Assembly: GCF_018977255.1 (NCBI RefSeq) | Contig: NW_024704742.1 | Coordinates: 4,652,001 to 4,716,000 of the forward strand | Origin: Callorhinchus milii | Taxonomy: Eukaryota | Direction of reading: 5' to 3' | DNA: 64,000 bases | Shown here: piece by piece, positions 11,866 to 23,652 of the stretch | Layout: every line of letters begins with the position of its first letter | Numbering within the stretch: position 1 is the stretch's first letter | Program-made: the position numbers and the translations under genes | Notes under the pieces: generated by a model | The model's input: the letters and a program-made list of their open reading frames with translations, nothing else | What the model was told of the DNA's origin: nothing | Database searches by the model: none

Positions 11866-13021
11866 TTCACTGGTAGTTTTAACCCCGATGAAGACAAGAA
11901 TCATCCAAAAAAAAACTTCCTGCATTAGCATTGTATGACCACTTTCATAAGCCTTCTTCCCTTGTATTTGAAATCAGTACCAGCCCTGTTTTCAATCTCA
12001 TGAGGATGTGGAATGTCCTACCAAGAATAGTGTTTGATGCCGAATCCATAACAGCCTTTAAAAGGGCATTGGACAAGTATTTTTAAAAAAAGAGAAATAT
12101 ATATTAGAAAGTATGGGGAATGGGGCAGAGACATAGGAATAAAATCATAGCTTAAAAAGCCAGCACAGTGCTGGCCAAATGGCATCTTCTGGGTTGTAAA
12201 TTTCCATGATTCATAGCAGCCACATTTTTTTATTTCTTTGTTCTCTTACCAAAACTCAGAGCCTCTAGTCTTTGAGGGGTCAACTTTGTGCTTATGGAAG
12301 AATAAGTTCAGTAAACAGCTCCTCTTAACTATTCCCTGTGAATTAAAGATTACATGAATTCTAATAGAAAATAAAAGAAGGTCTATGCACTATTCCTGTG
12401 TTTTGTGGCTCTTCCTCTGTGCTTGTACCATACCTTCTGGCATATTAACGTATGGTTTTACAAATTCCCGTGTCGTCTCGGCTGGACTAATAGTAATTTT
12501 ACCCATGATGTTAAGGGGATCAATTCAAAATTTTATATTATATTGGAAGCCAGGCAAATGACATGCACACAAATGATGTCTCACCCCTCCAGGTCATGTT
12601 AGCAGAACATAAACAGTCATGGCATACACTCATAGTAATGCGATTAGGAAAAATAAACTATAGGCTACAACCCAGGCAGATTTTTTAATGCTTCATAGGC
12701 ATCATCTGTGCAGAACTGTTCAGGGATATGGGATGCTCGTGCAGCTCGCTATCTCAATATTCACATCTGTCGGCGATTCTGAATTCATGCAGTTTTAGAA
12801 CTCAGCATCTTAATGATAATAATAATCCTTGCATATGATATAGTGCCTTTCACGTCGTCGAGGCACCTCAAAGCACTTCACAGGATATGTAAAGTGGTTT
12901 TGACTGTATTTTCTGAGTGAAACTTAGAAAAATCTTCCACGTCTGACAGACTAATGCTTGAGGTCCCTATATAGGTGATCCACAGTTTGACTGAATAAAT
13001 GTCAGCAGAAGCAGATTACAT

Positions 13022-13150
13022 TTCATAGAATCATAGAATTATACGGCACAGAAGGAGGCCATTCGGCCCATCGTGTCTGTGCCGGCTCTTTGAAAAGATC
13101 TATCCAATTCAATCCCACTCCCCCGCGCTCTCCCCATAGCCCTGCAAACT
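13022..13150 (-). mobile_element. CR1 extreme 3' end
   Basis: catagaatcatagaa...gaaggaggccattcggcccatcgtgtctgtgccggctct; reverse complement of 51990-52093. Confidence 0.88.
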
Positions 13151-14629
13151 TGCCTCCCAAAATTTGTCAGTTCTTGCGTTATCTTATTCAGTACAGTAAT
13201 GGGCACTTTGCTCTCACAAGTCTTCTTTAAACTGTGTGTTGGCCTTTTTTCGCCTATAAAATACAGTCACTACAATTCGCAGTGAAATCCTGTGAAGCGC
13301 TTTGAAATAGCCATTGAACCTGAAAGGTGCCACAGCAGGTATTATTTGTACTTGCTCTGCTTTGCCCTCCTGACTTTCTTTTCCCCTATAGTTTTACATT
13401 TTTTAAATTTTATCATGTTTTCCGTGGGGCACTGGGTGTTATTCTAGGACTGGTGCACCTTCTTATTGCCAAACACAAGGGGAAATTTAGATCTTAATTG
13501 CCTGTGATTTGCTTTGGGATTTTACTGATTGAAGAAATGGACCCGAAGGTTAGTGCTGTTCGGATACTGTTGTATTGCATCCGATAAAACTATTCCTGTA
13601 ATATTGTATTTTAGAGGATTGTGGATACCGCTAAACAGAATCAGAGAACTTTAATCAAATTGAGTGGTTTGGATAACATCATGGACTGTGAGAATTATGT
13701 TTGGTGGTTAATGAACATGAGATTGAAACCTTAGATTTGATTCCAAAGTGCCTTTTTTGTAATAAATATGAAAATCCTTTGAAATTAACCTTCAGCTTGT
13801 TGCACTACATAGTCTGTCAGTTATGGAGCTTTATTTTATATTTTGAAGGTGGTAGTGGCGGATGACTTCGTGCAAACGGTATGGAATTGTTTTTTATGGC
13901 GTATGGTTAAAAAAAAGTCATACATTTTGAAAGCTATTTTAAAGTATTTAAAACATTGTTTTCATCATATATATTTGGTAAGCTAGTGCAAGAGGATCAA
14001 ATGCACACTATTGTCCAAAATGTGTTGCTCTAGTGCCTAACATGTAATATTATGTTTGCTTGGAATATCAAATCATGACTGCGAGGCGTTAACTTCACAT
14101 TCTGGGCAGTGTGAGGCATTGAGTGTATCCTGGATCCAATAGATGCAGACACCAGGCTGCGGTGTTTGCCACTGCACAAATCAACTTGAATTCAAGATTG
14201 CATTCGTTGTCATATTTGCGATATTGTTCTGGGGGGAGACTTTTATGATTTTAGATTAAAGCATTGCTCTTTTTTTCTCACCTCTGGGATTTGAGCTGGA
14301 AACCAGACTGATCACATGAAAGTGAATATAGTTCGTTTAACTCAACGGACATCAAACTGTTCATAAACGGCACTGTTACAGTCCATTAGAGGCCTTGGCA
14401 TAGAAAATGGAAGATTCACACTGATGTTCTTAAGAGAATTGGCATAAAGACACATTGGAGCAGTACACGGGCACTTATTTTAACAATCATACTAATTGAA
14501 TTTGGAGAATATTATTAAGCAATATATAATATTTAGACATTATTTCAAAGTTATTCTGCATTGCAGTGTGGTAGGGCTGATTGTTGATTGGAAGGATGCT
14601 TCAAATAAATATGTATGATTGATTTCAGT

Positions 14630-14772
14630 AGTATTTCAGTAGGTAAAGGCACTGTCCAGTGTTAAACTGAACATATAAATTGATAAGGATTCAGGTGCAT
14701 TCTAAGTCTCTGCCGAGTTAGCCGACCTTAACCAGGAAAGCATTACGGGCACTTTAATTACCCTCAGCACTA
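14630..14772 (+). mobile_element. AmnSINE2-like SINE 5' fragment
   Basis: aactgaacatata...caggtgcattctaagtctctgccgagttagccgaccttaacc...ccctcagcac resembles recalled AmnSINE2 consensus. Confidence 0.55.
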
Positions 14773-17384
14773 AAGCAATAACAATTTGCATTTCTGTAAC
14801 TCTGCAACACTTTTCACGTGAAATAAATGAAACAAAATATCTAAAACCCGCTTTGCAAAATTAGATTCATGATACATTAAGGGAATGTTATATAGACAAA
14901 CAAGGCAGCTAATCTACGCCAGCATTGCCCCACAAAAATTGATGAGATGTGTAACCAATTAATTAAAATTAGGCAGTGAATTTGGGTGAGGAGGCAAATA
15001 AGCCAAGATAACAGGGATAAACGTCATTTAGGTAAGAGTGGGATGGAAAAAGCAACTACGGTTTTGACTCCTGAGCTCAAAATCCCTCTGGTCTTAACCT
15101 GTAATATTGTTTTATTTTAATTAAGATTGTGCAGTCAGTTCTTCCGTTCAGTCCTAAATTAGAAGCTGATTATCCACAGTTCTTCAAAGAACTAGATTTC
15201 AAATAAGGCTGTCGTGTGTGTGCGTGTGTGCGTGTGCGTGTGACGCGCACATACACACTGGAATAGCTTACAGATACTCATCGTCTACACCTACTCTTGG
15301 GGGAGGTACTGCGGGACAGTCCGCGCATATAGATCCTTACCCAGTAACGTGTGTGCCTTCAGGAAGGGAGAGGGTGGATTTGGGTCCAGGGCGAGAGAGG
15401 AATTGTGTCCAGGAAAGGAATCGTGTCCGGCAGCGTGAGCGGAGTGGGGGGAGGGAGGCTCGTGTCCAGGAGGAGAGAGAGCAATAGGTTGCATCCAGGA
15501 AGAGAGAGAGAGAGAGAGGGAGAGGAATTGAGTCATTTATTATATGGCTCCGTGATTAATTTGTGCATTTTGAAAGTTCTGCACCTATTCAGTGTTTGGT
15601 TCATATGAAAAGCTCAAAAACTAGAACAAACATTAAAATCTCAGGTCCGTGACATAAATCTAAGATAACGAATTGCAAATATCAAATCATTGATTTTTTA
15701 AAAACAATATATTAATACATTACGCGGAGTGATTTTTAAAGTAGGGCAGTTAACTACTTTTAACAGATTTGCATGGCTCGTGTTTCAAAGACTGTAATTT
15801 AATATCACTTCACATTTATTATGTAAATGGTTGTGCATTGAATCTTTCTTCACTGGTTTTGTCTTGGGTACGGTCGGAAGATAACAGATTAATTTTCCCT
15901 TGATCTAATGGAAATTGCATTGAAGGAATTTAGTGTGTTAAGGTACATGTTTCATCCTGTCTTATTCTCTGTGTTTACCTATGGCTCAAAATGAAAATGT
16001 TAGGTTCCGTCTGTGCATTGCGTACAAATGATTTTTTTTTAGCAGAAATAGAACGTGTTAATTGTTGGGGATTGGGAATACAGTACACTGCGTTAAGATT
16101 TTACAGCGTGCAACATGTTTGTAGTCGATCTCTGCTTTGCATTTGATTGTGTGTTTTACATGCATCTGCTTCCTTTGAGATGTAAATACTGTAATATTTA
16201 AATTTTACTTTGACAGACTTTGATGCTGATTTTAATTCTTCGGTCCTTGCAAGCATCTCATCTTTTCTGGTTAGCATTACAAAAGAATGCGAGCCTTTTA
16301 ATTGCTATCAAACATATCCCATGCTTGTATAGTTTACCGAATGCAAATATGGATTATTAAGCGTTTGTGGGGGAAAAAAAGGCTCAACCTCATTGCCAGC
16401 ATGCGTTTGATTAGTTAGAGCAAATCAATTAAAGCAAATGCAGTTTTGATTTTTTTTTTAAAAAAAACTATTGTGCAAATGTACGTGTGATGAGTCTTGA
16501 AATTGAAACTTTGGATTATTGATTTTCGTACTGACGTTTGGGATTCTCTGCTCTGCATTATTAAAGTGGCTGCACATTCAGGTAATCAAAAGTCTGCAGA
16601 TTAATCTTTGAATTTGTAAAGAATGAATGGAACCACAAACAGTAGGTAACCGAATCTGGTACTCCATAAAGCTACAAGCTTTGCAACTTCAGTCATTTAT
16701 TGTTGCCGAGTTGCTGTCAGATTTACAGGTTAAAGCAACTGTAGTTTCCATTTATAATTTTTTTGGTTCCATTTATAATATTTACAATATTTGGTTGTCA
16801 ATTACTAAATTGATATTTACCATAATAGCCCCTTGAAGATGAGACCAGCAGTAAATATTTGATTCTACGGTAAATGTTTAATATTTTGAGTATTAAAAGA
16901 TTTCTTTGCATTGAATTGCTGTCTCCTTCACCCTATTTTATTCTGTAGGTCCCCAAAACAGAAACGTTTGCTTCACAGCTTCCTTCGTTGCTCAACAAAG
17001 ATTTGGACAAGGAAAAGTCATTTACCCCAAGAGATTTATTTCTTCCACATAAACACAAGAATCACCCTTTTTTACCTACCTTTTCAACCTTTCTTTCTCA
17101 AACTACGTAACCTATTTTATTCTGGACTCTACCCAATCCTTTTAATCTCGAAGTGAAAACTCTCCCAATACCCGAAGACAACCGAGCAACATTCAATAAC
17201 ATGGGTCTACACTTCCCAACCCTGGAATTTAACTCTCGAATGACTTCACTGGCCACGCAGAAGCTATTATTTCTGCCTTGTGGAGTATTTGCTTATCTCG
17301 GTGTAATGTTTACAACCGGATAGTATTTTTTTTTGAGTTCATTGAAAAGCCATCATCAGCTTTTCCTCTGACTCTTTTCCAATA

Positions 17385-17578
17385 TAGATCACTATATGTG
17401 GGCTGGGATTAGGACAGGGTCTATGCTACGTTTCCATTAGTGTGGGTTGGGAAGGGGAGAATGTTCCACATATCCATCACTGCATTGAGAGGAAGGGGTA
17501 GGATTTGAGGATATCCATCATTTTATGTGAGTGAGGGTCTGTATTGCATATCCATTACTGTTTATGGGAGGGCTGCAA
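17385..17578. repeat. Degenerate minisatellite, about five ~40-bp units
   Basis: Recurring (a)tatccat(c/t)actg...ggg motif. Confidence 0.65.
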
Positions 17579-20469
17579 TTCTAAATTTGTGTTGCCTTTG
17601 AGGCTTATTTTTAGAAGACGTGTAAAGCGCTATATCAAATGCAAGGATTATTGTTATTATTATTTATTCTAAGCCTGTGTCCTCTTGTTAGTTACAAGGG
17701 ATAAGTCAGGCTGCTGAAAAGCCTCTCAGCATTTTAAAGACCTGAATTGTATTCACCTCAATTTTCTTTCCTCTAATGAGGACCATTCTCGTAATTTAGA
17801 ATCCCAAGTCCCATCTTTCTTTCTTTTTCTCTGAACTCTGTCCAACACACCGTTTGAAGGTAGAGTGATTCAGCACTGTATTCGGAACGTGGCTTCATCA
17901 GCAATCTATACGAGGTTTGGAATAATTTAATTCATCTTATTTAATTCAAATGCACTCAGTATGTATTTGACTATCACAATCCAAATCTGCCTCAGCTGCA
18001 CTTTTGCTGTCGCTTTCCCCACCCCCAGAATCTACTATTATAAATAGAACTTCAGAGATCCTCTTGTTCATTGTACCAACAAACCCAAACCTGAAAAAGT
18101 GGCTTTGCTATGACTGTAATTCTATTATTGTATGGTTTATGTTTTGCTTCCTCCTCTCTGAGCATCTTTGCACTGTAATCCCTTTAACCTTTTCTGAAGC
18201 TTGAATTGAATACTGTGGATGAGAGAAATCAAACTCCTTACCATTGAACCACTAGCGAAGAAATCCCAACTACCGTTCGCGCATAAAGATGAAACAACGT
18301 GTGGAGAATGAGATGCCTGTTGCCAGAATAACCTGCCGTAATCTTCGGTGATTCTCACGTAATTTTGGCATTTTCTTGCAGACTCGTGGTTTGACTATTT
18401 GTATTGCTTTTGGTTGCTGGATGCATGGGGCATGTGGTCAGGAAGCTTTCCTGTCTTCCAATAAAATGGAAAAAAAATTTTTCGGTCTGCAGTTTTTGCA
18501 TTACATCATTGAACTCGTAACAGAATTAAGTAAACTGTTCAGATTTCTGTGTGCATTAAATGCGGTACAGACAACAAGCCACACATGTGATCAGCGGTGG
18601 CTCTAAAGCAATCCTTGCATGAAAATAACAATAATATATTTAATATAATTGTAGGTTTGGGTTTATAAGCGAAATCTGATTTCATAAATATCATTGTATC
18701 ATAAATGATGAGATTGTTATTCATGCTGGAGCCCTCTTTGACCTACTGGCCGTGTATTTTGTTTAAATTATTTTGATGCATTTCATCAAAAGGTTCTACG
18801 CAACACTTTTCTATTTGATCAGGCTTAAGTGTTCTTTTCTAAGGCAGTGCTACTTGGTGCGTGAGAGATAAATGAACTTTAGCTGGAAGAAGAAATGTAA
18901 TTAGCTTGAATAAGGGGTTATTTATCAGCAAATGATATTGTAATTGTTTACAAGAAAAAAAGCTATCAGAAAGATTGATCACTATTTAATCAAGTCAGTT
19001 TTGTTCATAAGGTGCACACATGTTAGCTTGTGCATCTTGAAAACAGGATTGTAATTTCATTGCATCTTTAATAAATAAAGAGCGCCATATAATGTTAATA
19101 GAAATTCCAGGTTCAATTTAGTAATTGAAACGTATAAAACTCATTCAGACTATTCATTTACATTTGCATTGGCAAATGCGCTCATTCTTACCTAAAAGTG
19201 TCTTTAAAAAAATTTCTTCTCATCGCCCGCCATCGACAATCCAGTTTGTTTTAATCAAAATAACTTTCCTTTTAAAATAATGAAATGTAACTGCAATTTT
19301 TAAAATGTGCCTTTCGTGCAAGGGTAATTGTGCTCTTTGTCACTGGCTGTTAAAGCTGTACCAGAAACATGTCCAGGATTTTGTTTTCTGTGCTCAGGGA
19401 CCTGTAAATCACAGCTGACTTTAAAGATTGCAGGAAACCGGGATTGTAAAATATCACTTTTCAAACATAAAGAGAGAAATAAAAGGCGATTGCACAATCT
19501 TAATACAGATAACTCTGTATTGCTACATCTCACATATAAGACCATAATGTTTTAATTGTTTTGTCGAATCCAAATGTTTTTATTCAATAACCTGCAATTA
19601 AAAATATTTGAAACTTTGTTTAATCTGTAAGAAAAATATTCTGATAAGGATTCTGTTCTTATAACTGGTTGTTTTTTGATTGAACACTGTAAATATACTG
19701 AAATTCTTTGAGCCCAGTCTCATATTTCTGCTGCAGAAAAAACATGCAGTAAAGCTATGGTCATATTGGCTCATAGGAACTGAGCTTCAGCTCAATATTT
19801 CCTGTGATCTTAGATGAAAACAAAAAAGTAGGTTTGGTCTCAGTCTTCACCTTTTGGAGTTCTTGTGGGAACACAATATAGTATGTATTAAACATAAATA
19901 TAATTTCCAATTGAACATTTTCATGACAGAGTAGAAAACCCTGGAAATACATTTCTATGAACATAATTTAATTCAAGTGAAAAACAATTGCAACATGTTA
20001 AGGCTTTAACCAATTTCTGTTTTCTTAGTTGGCCAAAATCTGGTGGATCGAATTATGGGTTTTACAGACTGCAACTTTTAATATAACAGGATTACCTTAT
20101 TCTTTTTTTTTGTGAAACCCATATATAGATTTTCATTTTTAGAAATGTACATAAAACATATATCTTATGTTTTTTCTCGTGTTCAACAGTGAGATAGATT
20201 TCTGTCGGATCTTGCTTTTTCATGGTATACATTATTTCATTTACCTGCAGTGGCTGTTGGACGACGGAAATTGTCTGATTTTCAGTTGAGAGGACAAACA
20301 TTCTTCAAGGAAGCTCTAGTCGTCTGTCTTTGGGGCACATTGGTGTAGTAAGCCATCGAATTTAACTGTAGAGCATTAGACGGGTTTATTTTGGGAGCAT
20401 TCTCCCAAAAGGCATTGGAAAGGATGGGTGATCACAATAAAGTTTGTCACTGTAGCCGGTGCCTCCACA

Positions 20470-20692
20470 TTCCACAGGCAGAGGTTTTGTCAATAAACGT
20501 GCCACTGGGTGGGGGTGAGGGAATATTTTGAGACTGGGGTTAAGACACATTGTTGGTGTAGATTTGATTCTGCATCTGACCATGATGCTGTACTTGACCT
20601 TGGCGTCCTTCACTCTGAAACTGGGTGCAAATAGGTGTGAAATATTCCATTCCTCCATACTGGCAGCTCTTGCCTTGTGCCACACAAGATTA
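20470..20692 (+). mobile_element. LF-SINE-related SINE 3' part
   Basis: ggggttaagacacattgttgg...tgctgtacttgacct...ctgggtgc...aatattccattcc. Confidence 0.55.
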
Positions 20693-22724
20693 ATTTAAAA
20701 TAAAATGAATCTAAAATCGACTTACTTGTTTCTCCAATTAAATTAGTAGGAAACAGGCTTGTAAATCTCCGTATGTTAGTGGTGATAATGGCTATACATG
20801 CCGCTGCTGCCGTGGGAATTATTTTACCAACTCATCCATTTGGCCTTTTGTTTGTATAGCCTTCATTTGGTGAATCTGATGAAATCCCAGTATCTTTGGG
20901 TTACAAAGGTTAATTGATTTAGGTTAGGTGCACATTGGCTGATTTTATAGTCTACAATGAAAGCAATTCAAGGGAACTGCCTTGACAGTTTTGTTGTCTT
21001 TTCAAAAATATTGCTCAGTTCTCTTGAGAATGAAGTAGGATGTAGGATTCAAGTGGGACAGACCCTAAAGTTCGGAGACTTTATAATAGGAAAATAATTG
21101 AGTGGCAGTGGGAATGGTAATACATTCTTTGTACTTGAGCCACTTTATACGAGTGTGACAACACAGTAAATCCTTCAGTGTATTGAGATACACAGATTCA
21201 GACTTGCTTGACGTTCAACTGAATTGCAAGTTGGGTAATTTACGAAAATTCAGACTATTGTTGCCTGCAGGAATACGCATAAGTGTAACATACGAATTTA
21301 ATAAGATGACGGATTGGTGTGGTGGCGAGTTGGAGTCCCGGTGTACCACGCTGGACTTGAAAGCCGCGGTTTCAAATGCGTGATCATTCACAAAATTACC
21401 GAGAGGCATGAGGAAGAGGCCAGATACTTTCCACAGGGAAGAAGGTAAAGGCGGCCTAGGATGGTCTTGAACGCCTCAGAATGACATCGATGTAAGACCA
21501 GGAACTGATTTGCTGCCTGTCCCCCAGAGGTGCTGAGTGACGTGGGGATGTAGGAAAGGAGAAATACTTTCACATGTAGAGCCTCCACTTGGAATCTGTG
21601 TAAATACACTTTTAAGATTGTGGTACATTTTACGCCAAATAAAAAACATGCCGTAGCAAGATTACACAACTGCGATATTTTAGAAGCCTATTCAGAGAAT
21701 AATGGATATTCATGTCACGAGGATTTTATTAAAGCGTAAGGGTAGATGCCATTCTTAGGTTCCACTATTTATGAAAACCACCATTCAGTACAATTATACA
21801 TGAGTATTTGTCTTCCACATTTAGATTTTGTCTAGAGGGGACATTTTGAGTTGTAGAACATTCCACTGACGCACTGTGGCTTTATGTTTGTCACTTAGTC
21901 ATGAGACTATTTGTTACGTGTATAGACAAATTATCTTTACAGGAAGTATAGCGCACAGCATTAAAGTTTGACTGTTTTTAAATAATGATATTGGTGTTAA
22001 AGCTACATATGCCTGCAAATGATGCCAACCGTGCCATTCCATAATATTTTCCTATTCTGCAATATAATTTAGCGATGCTGGGATTTCTGTAAAGCACAGT
22101 GATAGCCACGTGAAATATTTGCACAGTTGCACTGAGGCTGTGTTTTCACTTGGATTTCAGTAAAGCTTAATGGTGGATGTGTGAAGTCTATAATTATACA
22201 TCCAACAGTACAAATATAGATTTTATCCTTTTCAAACTTGAAGCTGTAAAGAGAGCTATGTATCACTTGGTAAAGATGAGAATTTTTTTGTGATTAATTA
22301 AAAAGCATCTCAACATTAGAGTGTAGTGGCTTAAGTGTTGTTTTTCTTGTAGCTTATTAGTACCAATATGCTATTAAGGTCTAGTGTGAACTGAGAAAAA
22401 TCAATTTTTGCAGATATGATTTATTTGTTTTCTTTAAGGGAGTAATTTGAAAGTCATCATAGACATTCAGTACTGATAGGGCTAAAGTCAGTAATGGATT
22501 TTTAGACCATTTACATTAAATCTGAAGCTCTACTCAGGCAAAAACAGACAGCAGCTTGATTATACTGTTGGATGCTCTCATTTTTGTAAGATGTGTAATA
22601 TACAGTCGTCATTTGAATTATGTTTCAAAATAGCACGTTCATTTTGTTTTACAAATATTTCTTGCAAACTTGTTGGTGTGTGTGTGACGGAGAGAACAGA
22701 GAACACAGAGAGCTCTTGTGATAA

Positions 22725-22823
22725 AAAACAGAAGTCGCTGGGAACACTCAGCAGGTCAGGCAGCATCTATGGAGAGAGGAAAGTGAATTAACGTTTCAGA
22801 TCAATGACCTTTCGTCAGAACAC
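22725..22823 (-). mobile_element. Penelope-like repeat fragment with hammerhead core (22783-22823)
   Basis: Minus strand GUGUU-CUGACGA-A-AGGUC-AUU-GAUCU-GAAAC-GUU-AAUUCAC...agatgctgcctgacctgctgag. Confidence 0.7.
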
Positions 22824-22824
22824 T

Positions 22825-23245
22825 GGATGCTCCACATTAGGAAGATTGTCAAGGATAAAGAGAGGGTTCAGAGGAGATTCACTCAGGTACTCTTGGAAAC
22901 GAAAGGCTAGAGAAACTGGGGCTGTTTTCACTAAGTTAGAGAAAGAATGAGAGGAGGCCTGATGGAGATGTTCAAGATTGTGACGGTTTTGGGGAAAAGC
23001 TAAATAGAGAGAAACTATTTTTCCTGGTTGGTGTGTTGATAACCAGAGCCTCTAAATGTTAAGCTCATTGCCAAATAAACAAAGGGAGAGATGAATTTCT
23101 TTCAGCAACAGAAGATTATTAGGACATGGAACGACCAGCAAAAAATGGTGGTTGAAGCAGAATCAATAATTGCGTTTTTAAGAAAATATTAAAAGATATG
23201 GGGAATGAGATTAAATGGCTAACTCATTCAAAGGCATGATGGATC
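22825..23245 (+). mobile_element. CR1 3' fragment
   Basis: agagggttcagaggagattcac...gagatgttcaagatt; homologous to the 51485 copy. Confidence 0.82.
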
Positions 23246-23249
23246 GTAT

Positions 23250-23652
23250 TCACGGCCTCGCTCCCTCCTACCTCTCCGACCTACTATCCCCCTACTTACC
23301 TGCCCATACTGCCCGTACCCTCTGGCTCCGGTCTGCTCCACATCCCCCGCCCCAACCGCCCTACCATCGGTGGCCGGGCTCTCGGCCCCCAGGCTCTGGA
23401 ACTCCATCCCCCAGTGCCTTCGCCGCTTCCTCCCTTTCCTCCTTCAAAGCCGGTCTCAAGACCTTTCTCTTCGACCGTGCCTTCAGCTCCCCTCTCGACT
23501 CTCTACCCCCTCCTCGCTCCCTCCTTCCCCTCCCCTCATCCTGACCATTTCCCCCCAATGCTCGGGTCCTGACCCAACTGTCCAGCGCCTTGGGACATCC
23601 TCCCGACGTGAAAGGCGCTCTATAAATGCAATCTTGTTATTGTTGTTGTTGT
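23250..23652 (+). mobile_element. L2-clade LINE 3' end
   Basis: HGLAPSYLSDLL, SAPRLWNSIP and SFKAGLKTFLF remnants; gggacatcctcccgacgtgaaaggcgc tail with (GTT)n. Confidence 0.9.

Noticed and set aside
15530..15540. GAGTCATTTAT shared with 4364-4374, both after GA-rich tracts
   Set aside because: 11-mer matches are expected by chance many times in 64 kb; flanks do not align.
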